A stretch of DNA of 32,000 nucleotides from Dickeya dadantii NCPPB 898 (GTDB taxonomy: Bacteria; Pseudomonadota; Gammaproteobacteria; Enterobacterales; Enterobacteriaceae). This document shows, one piece after another, positions 30,473-32,000 of this stretch. The stretch's first letter is position 1. Each line of letters begins with the position of its first letter. The position numbers and the translations under genes were made by a program. The notes under the pieces were generated by a model. It saw nothing but the letters and a program-made list of their open reading frames with translations, searched no databases and was not told the origin of the DNA. The stretch is from the NCBI RefSeq assembly GCF_000406145.1, contig NZ_CM001976.1, forward strand, positions 747,260 to 779,259. Reading direction: 5' to 3'.

Positions 30473-31930
30473 TCAGGCCGCGCCACGCGGGGTCAAATGG
30501 GGATTGACGCCGTCGTCCTGCTCTGTCGCCGGCTGCGGTGTGGCGTGACGGCGCGCGAGGTCGGTCTGGATCTGTGCCATGGTCTTGTCATCCAGTTTAT
30601 AGAAACGGGTCAGCCAGTACAGAATCAGGTAGGACAGCGACGGGCCAATACTCAGCAGGCCGATAATGCCGGTGGTGGCAAGCGACGTCTGGGTGGGCGA
30701 CCCCGCCACATAGCCGAACCAGCCCAGAGCGAACCCGACCAGCGCCCCGGCGACCGCCATTCCCAGCTTGAGGGCGAACAGATTGCCGGAGAAAGACAGC
30801 CCGGTGATGCGACGGCCGGTTTTCCATTCGCCGTAGTCGGCGGCGTTAGCCATCATGTTCCACTTAAACGGTTGATACATCTGGTGGAAGAAACCGATCA
30901 GGAAATAGAGCGGAAACACCACCGCAAGCCAGGTGGGCGGCACCAGAAACAGCACCACGCCGGTAATGACCAGCAGCAGGTTGATGTTTTTGAACAGGCT
31001 GAGGCTGCGATAGCGTTTGGCGAAATAACCGGCCAGCATGGCGCCGATAATGGTGCCGACCACGCTGGTGGTGATAAACGCGCTTTTCATCGCGGTGCCG
31101 GCGGGACCGCTGTGCTCCGGGCCGGCCATCAGGTAGGTGGCATAGTACAGCGTGGCCGCGCCGCGCATCACGCCCGCCATGCTGGAGAAAAAGGTAATGA
31201 CGGCGACGATGCGCCACTGGTCGTTACTCAGCAGATTTTTCACATCGTCCCAGACGTTCTGCCCTTGATCCACCTGCGGATTGATCCGCTCCTGGGTGGT
31301 GAAAAAGCAGAAAACCAGCATGATGACGGCCAGAACGCCCATTATCGCCATGGTGCCCTGATAACCGAGTTGCTTATCGCCGCGGCCGATCCAGTCCACC
31401 AGCCACAGGGTTCCCACCGACACCAGCAGCCCGGCGGCGGAGGAGATGGTGAAGCGGTAAGACTGGGCGGAAAGCCGGTCTTTTTCATCGGTGGTGATGA
31501 CCCCGCCCAGCGAACAGTAGGGAATGTTGATGAAGGTGTAGAACATCATCAACAGGGTGTAGGTGATGTAGGCGTAAACCAGTTTCCCGGTGCCGGCCAG
31601 GTCCGGCGTGGTGTAGGTCAGAACAGCAATGACGGCGTACGGGACCGCGAACCAGATAAGCCAGGGGCGAAAATGTCCCCAGCGGGTGCGGGTTCGGTCG
31701 GCCAGCAGGCCGATCATAGGGTCGATGACGGCGTCCAGTACGCGGGTTACCAGAAACATTACGCCCACCGCCGCCGCGGAAATGCCGTAAATATCGGTAT
31801 AAAAATAGGTCAGGAACATGGTCACCGAGGAATAGACGATGCCGCAGGCCGCGTCTCCCATACCGAAACCGATTTTTTCCGCCGTGCTCAGCTTATTATC
31901 CGCCGTGCTCAACTTGTTATTGTTAGTCAT
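30473..31930 (-). CDS. GPH-family glycoside (xyloside-type):cation symporter (YagG/XynT-like), co-transcribed with the GH43 gene
   Basis: About 485 aa. GPH motif VIDPMIGLLADRTRTRWGHFRPW. I prefer ATG 31930 (GGAG 6 nt upstream) to ATG 31960. Gene order matches the transporter-xylosidase pair yagG-yagH in E. coli. Confidence 0.9.
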   Translation of the reverse strand: MTNNNKLSTADNKLSTAEKIGFGMGDAACGIVYSSVTMFLTYFYTDIYGISAAAVGVMFLVTRVLDAVIDPMIGLLADRTRTRWGHFRPWLIWFAVPYAVIAVLTYTTPDLAGTGKLVYAYITYTLLMMFYTFINIPYCSLGGVITTDEKDRLSAQSYRFTISSAAGLLVSVGTLWLVDWIGRGDKQLGYQGTMAIMGVLAVIMLVFCFFTTQERINPQVDQGQNVWDDVKNLLSNDQWRIVAVITFFSSMAGVMRGAATLYYATYLMAGPEHSGPAGTAMKSAFITTSVVGTIIGAMLAGYFAKRYRSLSLFKNINLLLVITGVVLFLVPPTWLAVVFPLYFLIGFFHQMYQPFKWNMMANAADYGEWKTGRRITGLSFSGNLFALKLGMAVAGALVGFALGWFGYVAGSPTQTSLATTGIIGLLSIGPSLSYLILYWLTRFYKLDDKTMAQIQTDLARRHATPQPATEQDDGVNPHLTPRGAA

Positions 31931-32000
31931 TGGAAACTCCGATGATGGATATCCCGTCATACTCCGCGTTGCAGTCGTGTCGGTTTGATTACCCGGTCCA

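Noticed and set aside
30452-31945. 497-aa plus-strand ORF opposite the xyloside-type GPH transporter
   Set aside because: Antisense shadow. The product is hydrophilic and Gly/His/Gln/Arg-rich, while the minus-strand product is a clear 12-TM GPH carrier.

Overview
This is a 32-kb chromosomal window from a roughly 57% GC enterobacterial genome. An ERIC element, a KdgR-like box and several plant-polysaccharide and hexuronate genes suggest a Dickeya/Pectobacteriaceae-type organism, but that attribution is inference only. I can support about 26 protein-coding genes. Left to right they are: the 3' end of a TonB-dependent receptor gene followed by a double-length ERIC element; a 6-gene operon (enolase-superfamily enzyme plus a family-5 peptide/opine-type ABC importer) behind a long AT-rich leader; a Fur-box-controlled fecI/fecR-like ECF sigma/anti-sigma pair with no receptor gene downstream; an AI-2E family permease; a GPH-family sugar:cation symporter (minus strand) with KdgR-like and CRP-like sites upstream; a small orphan XRE/YozG-like HTH gene; a UxuB/YdfI-like mannitol-dehydrogenase-family oxidoreductase; a marR-emrA-emrB-like efflux operon; a divergent MocR-type regulator/GNAT acetyltransferase pair with atypical codon usage; an L,D-transpeptidase with a Pro/Ala-rich tail; nifJ/ydbK pyruvate:flavodoxin oxidoreductase; a 140-aa hypothetical protein with internal repeats; a second GNAT; an internally deleted LysE/RhtB-family remnant; the ynfC lipoprotein gene; and a GH43 beta-xylosidase/GPH transporter pair. 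I saw no rRNA, tRNA, CRISPR array, transposase, integrase, phage gene or recognisable defence system. The window looks like mostly ordinary core/accessory metabolism. The most unusual items are the regulator-less enolase/ABC operon with a triple direct repeat inside it, the orphan FecIR pair, the MocR-GNAT codon-usage islet, the repeat-containing hypothetical protein, and the hairpin-rich insertion nested in ERIC. All functional calls come from reading motifs by eye, since no database search was possible.
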